DNA of 64,000 bases. Origin: Oikopleura dioica. Its lineage: Eukaryota; Animalia; Chordata. The stretch covers positions 15,314,001 to 15,378,000 of the forward strand of contig OU015567.1 in the NCBI GenBank assembly GCA_907165135.1, read 5' to 3'. This document shows positions 47,701 to 60,789 of the stretch, in pieces (the stretch's first letter is position 1; the number at the start of each line of letters is the position of its first letter). The notes beneath the pieces were generated by a model, which made no database searches, was not told the origin of the DNA, and saw only the letters and a program-made list of their open reading frames with translations. A program made the translations under genes and the position numbers.

Positions 47701-50700
47701 GCCTCCCCTTCGGGTCGGCTTGGCCCCGATCCTGACTTAATCGAATAAACGGGGCTGGCCTCCCCTTCGGGTCGGCTTGGCCCCGATCCTGACTGAATTG
47801 AATAAACGGGGCTGGCCTTTCCTTCGGGTCTGCTTGGCCCCGATCCTGACTGAATTGAATAGACGAGACTTGCCTCCCCTTCGGGTCGGCTTGGCCTCGA
47901 TCCTGACTGAACTGAACAGACGGGGCTGGCCTCCCCTTTGGGTCGGCTTGGCCCCGATGAAGACTGAATTGAATAAACGGGGCTGGCCTCCCCTTCGGGT
48001 CGGCTTGGCCCCGATCCTGACTGAATAGAATAAACGGGGCTGGCCTCCCCTTCGGGTCGGCTTGGCCCCGATCCTGATCGAATTGAATAGACGGGGCTTG
48101 CCTCTCCTTTGGGTCGGCTTGGCCCCGATGAAGACTGAATTGAATGAACGCAGTTTGCTTATAGTTAGTCTTCCTCCAGGAGTTTTCGGCAGTTAACGGG
48201 CAAAGATGGCAAAAAGGGGAATTCTTTGCCCTTCAAGGATCTTATTTTATTTTTAAAAATTTTTTTCAAGCAGTTATTTTCATCAGGGTTGTCTTACGGC
48301 GGTTTTTGGCAAAAAAGGCCGATCGTGGCCGAAATGGCAATTCCTGGCCCTTCTTTGATTTAAATTTTATTAAATATTGTTTTTTGTTATTGGTCTTTCT
48401 GCAGTTTGTTTTCCACCAGGTTGGTCCTCCTCGAGTTTCTCCGGCATAAAAAGGCTAAAAGTGGCCGAAAATGGCATTATCTTGCCCTTCAAAGATTAAA
48501 ATTTTATTAAATATGTTTTTTTTTATATTGGGCTTCCAGTAGTTTTTCTTCCACCAGGGTGGTCCTCTTTGAGGTCCTCCGGCACAAAAAGACCAAAAGT
48601 GGCCGAAAATTGCAATTTTTGGGCCTTCAAAGATTCAAATTTTATTAAATATTGTTTTTTTTTAATATGCGTCTTCCAGCAGTTTGTCTCCCACCAGGGT
48701 GGTCCTCCAAGAGTTCCTCCGGCAAAAAACGACCAAAAGTGGCCGAAAATGGAAATTTCTGGCCCTTCAAGGATTTTTTTTTTTTTTAATATTGGTCTTC
48801 CAGTACTTAGTCTTCCACCAGGTTGGTCCTCCGGGTCGTCCTCCGGCCAAGCTCGACCAAATTTGACCAAAGGTGGCCATATCATTCATGTCAATAATCA
48901 ACGGGCTTTTAACAAGATTTAATAACGTTTATCCAATATTTTGATTAATTTTTAGAAAAACCGACCGGTTACAGTGACGGTTTATCGCGGTTCATGGCCC
49001 ATCTTACCTTTTTCAGCATCCTCGATAACCTAGAAACCAATTTTGGGCCTACTGATAAGCATTTCCTTCGTTTTTACGAAAAAAGAAATTTGATCTGACA
49101 ACAACAAAGAAAATCGACCAAAAATCGTCGATTCTGGCTCTCATGTAGAAGATTGACACTTTTTGAGACTCGATTTACAGGTTTTCGGACCCGTAGAATC
49201 CATTTCCGGCATCAGAATTGAAAAAGATTCAGGCCGCCGGAAGTTAGCTTCCGGAAGCACTTTGAATGCTTATTTTTCGATGAGTCATCCATATGGAACC
49301 CATTTTTTTTTGCTGGAAATCGTTTTTCTTGACTCAAAGAACATAATAGCCGAGTAAAAAAGCTCTAGGTACCCAAAAAGTGGTACCTGATTTTTTTGGC
49401 GGCAGCCCTAGACATAGACATCTCCTGATGCGCTTCCTGCGACGTAAACCATCGGGTCACTAAATACAAAAATTGAAGGATAAATACATATTGACGTCTT
49501 ACGTTGGAGAGGCGACTAATCGACGGATGTCTTTGAATGGTAGACGACTTCGAACTTCCAGTTTCGAATTGCCAATGACGGGATAAAACTCGATTATCTC
49601 GGTCGCTGTTGAAATGGCCACTTGCTGAGACTCAGTTTTTAGGGCGCTAAAATGGTGTTTTTGATCATTTAGTTACTCAAAGTGTCTGTTATGCTACAAG
49701 AGGTTATATTTTCTGTGCGATGAATAGAAGCGAGTTGTATAAAAGTAGCTGGTTAATTGGCTGTTTACTTGAACATTCAGATACCTTTTATATGCACTAT
49801 TTTGGCTTCGAAAAAAACTAGTCAAGTATTATTTTTTATGAATGCGTACCTAAGAGTCATATCATCGCTGTCTTTTTGCAGTGGATACAAAAGCGACAGT
49901 GTGGTCGATTTTGGAAGCAAAGAACTGCTACAAACTGAGTATACCACCTCAGGATCCGTGTAAGAGACTTTTGTATTCTTCTGGATCTCCATGTGACTGT
50001 GCGAGACTTCCTCGTAGTCCTCTCGATTTTGAACTAAGATAATATAAATTTCTCGTTATAAAAAGGCATTTTACCCGCAATCTTGTCATAGACAAATTGG
50101 TAGAAAAACGGCTTCAACAAGTGAACTTTCGAAAGAAGAATCCACTGAACCGAAAGCTCTCTTGCAACGAGACTGTTTCCAGATGAAAATGGATTCAGCT
50201 GCTCGATAGACATATCTGGCGTGAAATTCGGTATCGCTTCCAGTGGCAGGTCAATGTCAGAAAGAATGTCAAACTCGTCGAATGACCATTTTTTGATCAA
50301 ATCTTCGATTCTTTTCATCATATTCGACTCCAGCATTCGATTTAGTTCTTTTGACGAGTTTTTACGATTGCTATTTCTTTGACTGAAGATCATTCTAATT
50401 TAACTCGTTCCTGCTAATCTCTGCTGGACAATAACGAGTGCTACCGCTCTGCTCAGTCTCGGGAAGAAAGCCATTCGATCGTTCAATTCCGAATCGCATT
50501 CATGAAATCCATCATCGTCCATGTACTCCTCATCGAATAGATTTTCGAAGAACTCGTGCCGATCTTTGATATCTTGAAGGAGCAAATTCAGCAAATGATC
50601 GTTCTCCAACGGTGGGGTAAACTCATGCGTTGAGGATAACGAGCCAAATGCTAGAGCAACTCTCAAGAACAGAGAAAAGTAAAGCAGATTACCTTTCATC

Positions 50701-53700
50701 AAAAATCTTTTACTGTGAAACTCCGAAACAAAAAGTCGATTGACTATTCTTAGTTCTGTAGTTTGCCGTTCATCAAGCAGAGCGAGAACGAGAAGCGTCA
50801 GTACGGTTATAGAAGTGAATTCCAGGATAAGTTTTGTTGCTTCAAAGCCACCCTTGTTCAATGGCCAGAATGCTGCGGCTGCTGATGTTTCGTCAGAGTT
50901 CTTCGGAATCTGGTCTTCGTTTTCATCTGCTGGGGATCGTGGGATCAACCGGTCAAATAAATCTTTTAGCTAGAATGGGCTAGATCACATTTTTATCAAT
51001 ATATTTTTGTGAAAATCTGAGCCGTTCCTGAAGATAGTCATGTCTAAGAGCCGATCGACTAGTGACTTTTTCCGCCACAGTAGGAAGTTTGGAGTATCTT
51101 GAAATCTGTGCAACAATCTTCTCGAAATAGTGCCGTATGTGCTCCAAATCCGAGGATACGTAAAAGTTCTCGGCACCCCTAGAAACAATTGCTGAAGTCT
51201 TTCGACTAATCTTCACAATCTTACCTAACGAACGAAAGTAGAGGGAAGGACACATTATAATTTTGAAGGTAAATTTGAAGGGCTGTTTGAAACTTCACTG
51301 AATCCACAGACCGATTTCGACGAATTAACTTTGTAAAGCTAGGGCAGTAACCTGGCCAAAGTGCTCGCAAATCTGCTTCGGAAGAAACTAGATTGTCGAT
51401 TATTGCTTTCAAATCTTCTCCACGTTCTTCACTGTTTGTTTGGAAAGAAAATTCCTCAATAAGGAATGTTTTCAATGTTGACTTTGAAATTTCTTCTGAT
51501 AAGATATCCGGTCCATCTTCAAAGACAGCATTAACCTCATCATCTCGCCGGGTTTCCTCGACGACTTTAGGTGGAGAATCAGCTTCATCATCTTCGCTTT
51601 TTTCTTCGTCAGACCATTCCAAACTCAGAGCATCTTCTTGAACCGGTTCAGGTTCTCCCCAATTCAAATCCAGCGTTTCTTCTTTCACAGGTTCTGGCTG
51701 TCCCCAGTCCATTGGCGAAGCGCTGTCGAGGGTTTTCCCAGGAGAATCGCAAGAAACTTCTATTTGAACGGCTTTTCGGATCTTTGGTAAATTTTCAAGC
51801 GTGATCATCGCCGGCAAGGGGCAGCCATTTACCAAGTGCTCGAATGCCGCTCTGCTACAGAGAACTCGCTCTTGGGAAGTATTGCTAGATGATGTTTTTC
51901 CATGAATACTGAGAGCTTTCGTATACAAAGGATGCTTCGATAAGAACTTGTAAAAATTAAAGATCTTCGCTGGATCGTATTTTCTGCAGACTTCTGAGTC
52001 CAAGAAAATGTCCACGGACTCAATTTGCTTTCCCTCAAGCCAGTAAAGCATCGATGTGATGAAACTGTCTTCTTTCGAGAGCTCCTTGAATTTTTGAAGG
52101 AAAAGATCTTGTCCAGAGCGAAGCTTGGCTATCAAAAGAGTCAAGCAGCTATCCTGAAGTCGATTTTGAGCAACATCAAGGGCATCATTCAGCGCTCCTC
52201 CGATCAGAAAGAACCCTATTGCCTCAAGATAGCGGCGTTTTCCGAGAAGGGCGAATGCGTTTTCAAAGCAGCCTGTTTCCATCGCGTATCTGAGAAGTCA
52301 TTGGCAAAGAATTGAGCCATCTTTAGGTTGTTGACAGATTTGAAGAGTCCGCTGAGGATCTTTTCCTTCCCGAGAATCGAGTACCAGACAATAACAGGCA
52401 TAGGATCTTTTTCCTTCTGGAAGATGATTCTTGAGAGCTTCTCAATTGACATCCTCAACGTAGCAACGGATTTGCACCAGAACGCCGCTCCTGTGAGCTT
52501 CATCAAGTCCCAAGAAAAATCGACACTTTCCATAATGATCGACATGATTTCAGCCTGACTTTCAGAATGAAAAGCCCAGATCATCGCTGACGATGGAAGG
52601 TCGCTTTTAACTCGAGATGCGTTTCGTACGTATTTTGTGATACAACGATGATGGTGCCATTGAAGCATAAAAGTCGTACCGGCTCGATCGATACCGGCGG
52701 GAATAACGGTATTCAAGCACTCCCAGATCGCCTCTAAGGTCACTTGCTCTGATCTTGTTATTCCAGATAAACGGTAGCGCATAAGAATATCAGAAACGGT
52801 AACTTCGGAAGTATCGAACTCGTCTTCCGAGCATTCTGACTCAGATGACGAAAAGTCGAGGACGAGATCTTTCTCGAGATCTTCAGAAAGTCGTCTTTCA
52901 AAGTCCACAGTATCAGGATCCATCACTGACTTTCTTCTTTGATTTGGTCCAAGGTCCGAATTCACGTTTCCAAAAGAAGAATCGAGCAATGTCTGCAGCG
53001 GCGGCATGTTCGGCCTGATCTCAGACAAAGTATTATCGCTGAAAATCTCAGCCATCATCGCTTCCTTCGACTTTTTCGGTTTTACAGATCTTTTGAAGAA
53101 ATCGACGAAGGATGTGAGAATACCTTTCGCCAAATTGACTTTCCCCAAATTTATGATTTTCTGAAGAGCAACTGGGGAATACGAAGGACGAGACCAGGTA
53201 GGCTCAGATTCTAGGAGAAGAAGAGATTTTCCACAAATGGCGATAAAATGTTTCAAATCGAGTCGTTCAATCAATGATGGTCGTTTCAAAGTACCAGGAG
53301 TTTGAAATCGTGAGGATAGACAAATTTTCCCCTTTGGCGAAGTAGAGATGAAATGGGCAGGAGGCTGTTGAAGAATTTCTACGGTAAGAATAGTACGTCC
53401 GATTAGGAAGAAAACAGTGCTTGTCAGATTCGAGTGCTCGAATAAAAATGCTTTCGGGCTTTCCATCCAGCACTCAGTCGCCAGCTCAATGGTCAATTGA
53501 TCAAGGAACTCCCATAATTCAAAACCGGTGTGAATGCTGCTGTGAAGATTACACTCAATTTGCTTTCCAGAATGACTCCACGAGAAGATCAATCCAGGAC
53601 CGGCTGATAGAACGTTATCGTCGGAAATATTGATGCTTGGACAGATGGGAGCATTTATTTCACTTTCGTGGAAGAAATTCAAGGAACTTCCCTGTTTTGA

Positions 53701-55369
53701 TACATAAAAGTCTTCTTGTTGTCCCGCAATTCCTGTTATCACGCAATTAATGTTGATTTCTTTGACTTTCTCCTCGATAGGATCGATCAATAAGTTTCTT
53801 TCAGGGCTGCTGATAATGAGATTTGATTTGCTTCGATGGATTCCTTGGACATTTTCAACAGGCAAGTTCCACGAATGCCTCCTTTTCATCACTCCATTGT
53901 CGATAATTATCGAATAAACTATCAACTCTTTCGCCTTCTTTTCTATCGCAACGAGGATTTCTGATGTCATTTCTTCTGGCGATTGAATCCATTTGAGCAC
54001 AACTTCAGAATCGAATTTGAAAACTGATTTGTGATGGGCTTTGTTCATTAGCCTTTTCACAATAAAGACATTTCCAAGTTCATCCCCTGTCGCGATAACG
54101 GGTAGTTCAGGGTGAGCATCAATCGTTGTTATTTCGGCAGGGTGACCAGAAGCTTGACACAGGGACTTGATCGAAGTTGTGTCGCCAAACGAGTTGGTAG
54201 AAGAAGAAAGAGTCAGTGTCACTAAGTTCCCATCCGAATCAACGACGTCGACGAAAATCTTTTGCGAAGCACCAACACTCGCCATAGAAATCGAGTTCGT
54301 AATCGACGGCGAAAGCGAGAACATCGAACTTGCTCGTTTGAGTGGGGTTTCTGATGAGAGACGAGCTAGATACGGCCGAACTTGAATGTGCATTTTGATA
54401 TTCAACGAGTCGCTGGGGTAAATATTCGGAATCATACGAAGAGTTGAAATGACGACGGGTTTGATGCCTTTGTTGTTTTTCATTTTCAAATTGCTGACAG
54501 ACCAAAGATGAAAGTTCCCACGCGAGATTCCGACCAAATAATCTGTATCATCGTGCGAATAATACGCGTTGTTCAAGAAAGAAAACATCATATCCGGAGA
54601 AGACTTAGAAGCCAGTAGCTGAATCTTATTTTCTTGCCCAGACCAGAGGCGGAGAATCGAGTTCGAATGAGTGAGGAAGACTGAATTCTCGTCGTCGTCA
54701 CTGAGTCTCCAGTCGATGTGGGAGATTTTCCCCGGATGAGCGACTTTTGTTTGGTTGAATTCGTCGTTGAAGATAAAGACGAACTTTGATCTGACGACGA
54801 AAAGCTTTTCATTTGAAAACCCGAATTCGGTGATGTCTTCGGAATACTGCTCGTGGAAGCACTCTTTGAGATCAATGCTCCCTTCTTGATTGTAGCAAAG
54901 GCGATAAACATGCAAATTGGTGACTTCTTCACCGGAAAATACAGTGGCGATAGTTCGACCATTCGCACTTATCGCTATTCTTTGGACAGGAAAAGCAAGC
55001 TTGAAGTTCTTTTCGGTCGAGCCGAGGGAAGACTCTTTGGGAGCGATCTCTTGGTCGAGAATTCGGGAAATAGATCGGCAAGAAGCTTGTCCTACAATTC
55101 AAAAGAATAATAAGAAAGGGATCATTGACTTTACCAGAAAGGAGTCTGCAAACTTGAATTCCCCAGTCAAAGCCAACAACGACGATCCCCTCGTTATGGG
55201 CCGCCGCAATGCAGTTGATCTCATCCTCAGATTTGAGAAAACAGAGTTGATTTCCATCGTCGCCAGCTGATATTAGCACTTCCTTGTACGAAATAAACAA
55301 GAGGCTGCCTTGAGTAGTGGCAAAGCCGCAGCTCTGGACACTCCCGCAAACTTTTTCTAACAATTTCAT
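41797..55369 (-). CDS. DMXL: DmX-like / rabconnectin-3 alpha (Rav1-like), interrupted by two exonic insertions and one apparent 1-nt frameshift
   Basis: N-terminal WD40 region; Rav1p_C motifs WAFHSESQ, FFANDFSDTRWKQAALK-NAFALLGKRRY; C-terminal WD40 exons DIRRLVASPTDPMVYVAGSASGDVYV / CLTFCQSGSRLAALAEDGSVRIW / LCVWDLL. Confidence 0.92.
42647..43133. mobile_element. 487-bp hAT-like MITE inserted in a DMXL coding exon
   Basis: 16-bp TIR TAGGGTGGGTCACTTT; 8-bp TSD GTCGCGAA at 42639-42646 and 43134-43141. Confidence 0.92.
44510..45670 (+). repeat. 57-bp tandem array (~20 units), left arm of the foldback element
   Basis: Unit CGGGGCCAAGCCGACCCGAAGGGGAGGCCAGCCCCGTTTATTCAATTCAGTCAGGAT; produces a 19-aa periodicity in the spurious ORF 44436-45653. 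Confidence 0.95.
46095..48140 (-). repeat. Same 57-bp tandem array in inverted orientation (~35 units), right arm
   Basis: Reverse complement of the left-array unit; the inner units are more diverged. Confidence 0.95.
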
Positions 55370-55469
55370 GCCATTCTTGAAAATAAATATTTTGAAAATG
55401 AAAGTTTAATTAAATAATTTATTTTTGAATTGAGAAATTGAATAGTCTAGTTTTTTTTCCAGTTTAAAA

Positions 55470-56210
55470 TTAGTCAGTTGGCAGCAGCAGAATATGTTCA
55501 TAATAAGGGTGTAGAATTGCCAAACCAGGGCAGCCGATGAAATCTTCAATATCGGCTTTTTTGGCCACTCGCCCGTCGAAAGTGTTGAACAAGTCTTCTT
55601 CGATGTTCGCATTTTTCATGAACTGGAAGAATTTTCCAACTATTTTTCCTACTAAAAGCTCTTTTACACATCCATTTCTCAAAATAAGAACTCACAGTCA
55701 AGGTCAGAAGCGACCAAATTTTCTTTCTCGGCTGGAATTGGCAAACCTCCTCGCTGCAAAATCACCTTTTCCAAACTCGGCAAATACCCTTCATGAACAA
55801 GGAAAAATATGACGAAATGGACAAAGATCTCTTCGTCCATGTCCGACTCTGATTTCGAAAGCCATGTCAGGAGCACCTGAAGGACTGAAAATGTTAATTT
55901 CGGTAAATTGGCGAGATGATTGTGAGCTACCTTGAGGCACAATTGGATCAATTCGAATACAAAAATGAAGCCACTCAGCTGCCAGGGTCGTGTTCAATAC
56001 AAAATCCTCAAGAAATCAATAAAAAGCAATTTGAGTCGTCTCAGCTTACTCTTTTTGCTATATTTAGGATACCAGCGTCAGTAGAAACGCTGAATCTATT
56101 GATCTTCTCTTCGAAATCGAAGGAGTTTTCGTCCAAATAATTCTTCAAAACTTCGTCTTCACATGCTTGCGCGCCGTATAAGTCGGGCCAAGTGTTTTCT
56201 TTCACAAATG
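55470..56210 (-). CDS. Hypothetical multi-exon protein immediately upstream of DMXL (5' end not found)
   Basis: Exon-like frames ACEDEVLKNYLDEN..., DFVLNTTLAAEWLHFCIRID..., VLQVLLTWLSK... (55679-55951) and ORF 55470-55682 ending 100 bp before the DMXL ATG. Confidence 0.5.
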
Positions 56211-56746
56211 CTGAAAAAGGGGTTGCGAAAATCGATTAGGACACTTTGGCGGTTTCTTCACAAGAGATTATTCAAGGTCGAATGGGTCGAAAAACTTATC
56301 AGCTGGTTTTTAAGTCAGATGACATGACACCGTATAAAAGGGCTAAGTCAAATTATTTTTTAAGTATCATGCCGAAATAAATGCGATTTTATACTATTTT
56401 TTTGTTGAGTGAGAATATGATTTCAACACGCCCGAAACAAATTCATGACTCGTAACCTCGTTAGAACTAATTCCAACAAGCCAGCGATAAAATGAAAAAG
56501 CCGAAGCAAAAACACGACGATATCATGCTATGTTTGGAAAATTAAGAATCGTATGTTTCCTGACTTCTTTTCAGTTTAAAAAACAGTGATCATTTTTTAC
56601 TTTATTTCTTCTTCACTCCAGAACTTGTGGATCAAAAGCATTATAAATTATAATATTAAATTATTTAAAATAAAATGAGAACAATTTGCTGTCTAGGAAG
56701 TTTTAATGATAATTTAGAATCGTTTATGAAACCCAGTAATTGAAAT

Positions 56747-56760
56747 TAGGGTGGGTCACT
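56747..56760. mobile_element. Solo TIR identical to the 42647-43133 MITE end
   Basis: TAGGGTGGGTCACT; no partner TIR or duplicated TSD found in the window. Confidence 0.5.
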
Positions 56761-56761
56761 C

Positions 56762-57435
56762 TCAACCTGAAACACAGTACTGAGTATTTGATATAGTATA
56801 TTTCTGTATAAATAAAGAACTGCAACCCAATCCTATGCTAATAGTCTTCGATGTATCCATCAGCGTAGAATCAATCCCAATCGGCACGGGCACTAGCCCC
56901 AAATCTGCTCCAATTCGAGTAGCAATTGGCAAGAACTTTGTCAATTTCGCCATGCTTTCTTCTTGCCTGAGATTGACCATTTTCCCTAGAATTTCTGATT
57001 GTGACTTTGCTGTTGCTGCAATTTCTTTTCTTCTGGCGATAGGGTCGATTTCGGAAATGCCTGTGAAGTTGCCTTTTGAAATTGAAGAGCATATTTCTGC
57101 ATACGTCTTTAATTAATTATTTTTTATCTTGAAAGAATTCGAAAAACTGTACCTTGGATCTGTCCAAGACGGAGAAGAGCGATCTCCTTCCAAGCTTCAG
57201 CATTTTCGAGAAACCATAAAGCTTCCTTTCTCTACCACTAGCGCTGTAGAAACTCGCGCGCTGATTGGCCGAGCCGCGGAAAGCCCCGATCTCCAACGAG
57301 GGATTCGATTTTATGCATGTCTGGTTCTAGATGTTTGTGAAGAGAAAAACTTAAAAACTTATTTGTGAAGACAACACAACCGTGAAGAAAATGATATAAA
57401 AGCTGACCGAAATACAAGAAAATTCGAAGAGACAA
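56762..57435 (-). CDS. Hypothetical protein
   Basis: ~115-aa open frame KTYAEICSS...RIGADLGL ending at 56762, preceded by an exon-like EALWFLENAEAWKEIALLRLGQIQ|GT. Confidence 0.3.
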
Positions 57436-57780
57436 AAAAAAAATAATATGAATTCAATAACATTCTCTATGTTATGACTTATAAGTTCTTGAACTGTAAT
57501 CGCCAAATTTTAGGTAAAACGTAATCGAGAAGAGAAAAAATAAGTTAATAAAATGAAGCATATCTACAGTCTGTTATTCGCGAGAAGCACCCATATATCA
57601 AAATGATAATAAACTAAAATAATAAAAAAGTATGTAAGATTATGAAATGAAAGCAGAAGGATGACTTCCATCAAAGTTCTTAAAATCCCCTAATATGAAA
57701 AGAACTAATGAAAAAATGTTAATAAAAATCATTTCAGACTGTAGAAATGACCACTGTCGAAGTAAATCAGGCATATAAAT

Positions 57781-58075
57781 TCGCTTGGCGATTTTCGCCG
57801 AAAGCGAAAGCGAAGCGAAAGCGAATCGAAAATTTCGCTTTCGCCCCCCGAAAATGACACTCCTGATGTTCGCTTCGCTTTCGCTTTTTGTCCCCGATTT
57901 TCGCCAAAAATTCGCTTTCGCCGAGGCCTCGCTTTCGCCAAATTTTCGCTTCTGGCGAATCTTCGCCAAAATTTCGCTTTCGCCAAGGCCTCGCTTTCGC
58001 CAGGAGTTTGCTTTCGCCAAAATTTCGCCAAATTCTCGCTTTCGCCAAGAGTTCGCTTTCGCCAATATTTGGCCG
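57781..58075. repeat. (TTCGCT/GCGAAA)-rich short-unit array
   Basis: GCGAAAGCGAAAGCGAAGCG followed by many TTCGCTTTCGCC units. Confidence 0.85.
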
Positions 58076-58244
58076 AATCTTACTTTTTTGTCTTTCAAAG
58101 CGGTATAAATAGGGGGAATCACTTATAATTGAGCTCTTTCTCTAGCGTAGTAGAATTTATACAGTTTTAGAACACCTAGAAGCTGGGGATCATTTGGCTA
58201 CTGATAGATGGGGGTGATCTGAGGGCATTTAGGTACCTCCGAAG

Positions 58245-58652
58245 CTGGGGTCGGCAAGCCACCAAGCGATGTTTGGTCACCAACCGTTGGTGGAGGTGGG
58301 TGGGTTGACAAGAAAATCAAATTTTCACTGGTGGTGGTGGGTGAATGGTGGGTGGGTGGTGGATTTTTTTCGTAAACGTTTTTCTGACCCCAAAATTTAT
58401 AGAATAGGAGTTGATTACACCGATTTTTCGGTCATTTTTAACCAACAGGAGGAAAACGAAGTAGAGGTAAAGTCATTATAGAGAACTGATATTTTTGAAA
58501 GATTTCGCAAAAAAAGGTTTGGCCGAAAAATCTTTCCCACCACTTCCCACTATTTCAGATTTTTGAGACTTGAGGGTGGTGGGTTGGTTGCCCACCACCA
58601 CTCACCCACCATCCACCCACCCACCATTTCCACCATTTTTTGCTGACCCCAG
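58245..58652. mobile_element. 408-bp hAT (Charlie-like) MITE nested in repetitive DNA
   Basis: TIR CTGGGGTCGGCAA / TTGCTGACCCCAG; 8-bp TSD CTCCGAAG at 58237-58244 and 58653-58660; inverted GGTGG/CCACC subterminal repeats. Confidence 0.85.
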
Positions 58653-59179
58653 CTCCGAAGTCCCAAAATCTGGCCAACTTCGGAAATGGGAATTTTTGAA
58701 AGACTAAGACTTTTAGCCTAAAAGTTTTAGGGTCTGCCACCTATTCTCGATTATAGGCTATAATTTATAGCTCAGGCCCTGGCTGTCATTTTGAGCTCTA
58801 GAAAAGTAGGGAGGGGATTGGGAAAAAGTACTCAATTTTCCTAACTTGAAGAGCCCCTAGCTCCCCAGATACCCCACCCCCGCCCTACTTTTCTAGAGCT
58901 CAAAATGACTGACAGAGCCTGGGCCTTCAAAAATTCTGAGCTTTCATTTGGACGGGTATCCCTTATCAAGGGGTCAAGGCATTCATGGGACCGGAAGTTC
59001 CGAAATCGGAACTAGATCTCTTCAATCGAATTTTTGAGTAGCGGGAAACGGCTCAAATGAAAGCTCAGCTTCTCGGTGTTCCAAAACTGTGTCATAATTA
59101 TTATACTAAATTAGAAATATGGGTCGAAGTTTCATCTTATTAGATCGCGTTTTATTCAAATTTCTTTCAATATCTTTCA

Positions 59180-60508
<1,329 letters not shown>

Positions 60509-60789
60509 CTTCCAAAAGCATGTTTCTTTCATTTTCAAGTGCCCATTTACCTCTCATTTACTGCCGAAAACATGAAATACTCAATTTTTTTATTTTACAT
60601 ATTTGTTCGTATCCAGGAAATGAATCAGTAAGGCATGATTTCAGACTATTGATATCGAAATGCTGCGTCAACTAGTAACAAAGGCAGGTAGCATAGTTTA
60701 GTACAAACACTGAAAGTGCTAAATCACGAGCTTTTACCCTCGACGATTGCAGACTTTCAAAAACAGTGACTCCTTGATTCTTCTGATTC

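Larger units (their letters stand above)
43239..49410. mobile_element. 6172-bp foldback-type hAT-like non-autonomous element inserted in a DMXL coding exon
   Basis: Ends TAGGGCTGCCGCC...GGCGGCAGCCCTA; 8-bp TSD GACATAGA at 43231-43238 and 49411-49418; near-identical inverted arms of ~1.5 kb (43239-~44750 vs ~47890-49410); no transposase. Confidence 0.95.

Noticed and set aside
44510-48140. CRISPR-like regular array
   Set aside because: Contiguous tandem units without unique spacers, eukaryotic context, no cas genes.
43239-49410. Autonomous transposase inside the foldback element
   Set aside because: The only unique interior (~430 bp) is AT-rich with no transposase-like ORF.
57640-58122. ORFs over the TTCGCT arrays (also 59119-59532)
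   Set aside because: Low-complexity translations of short-unit repeats.
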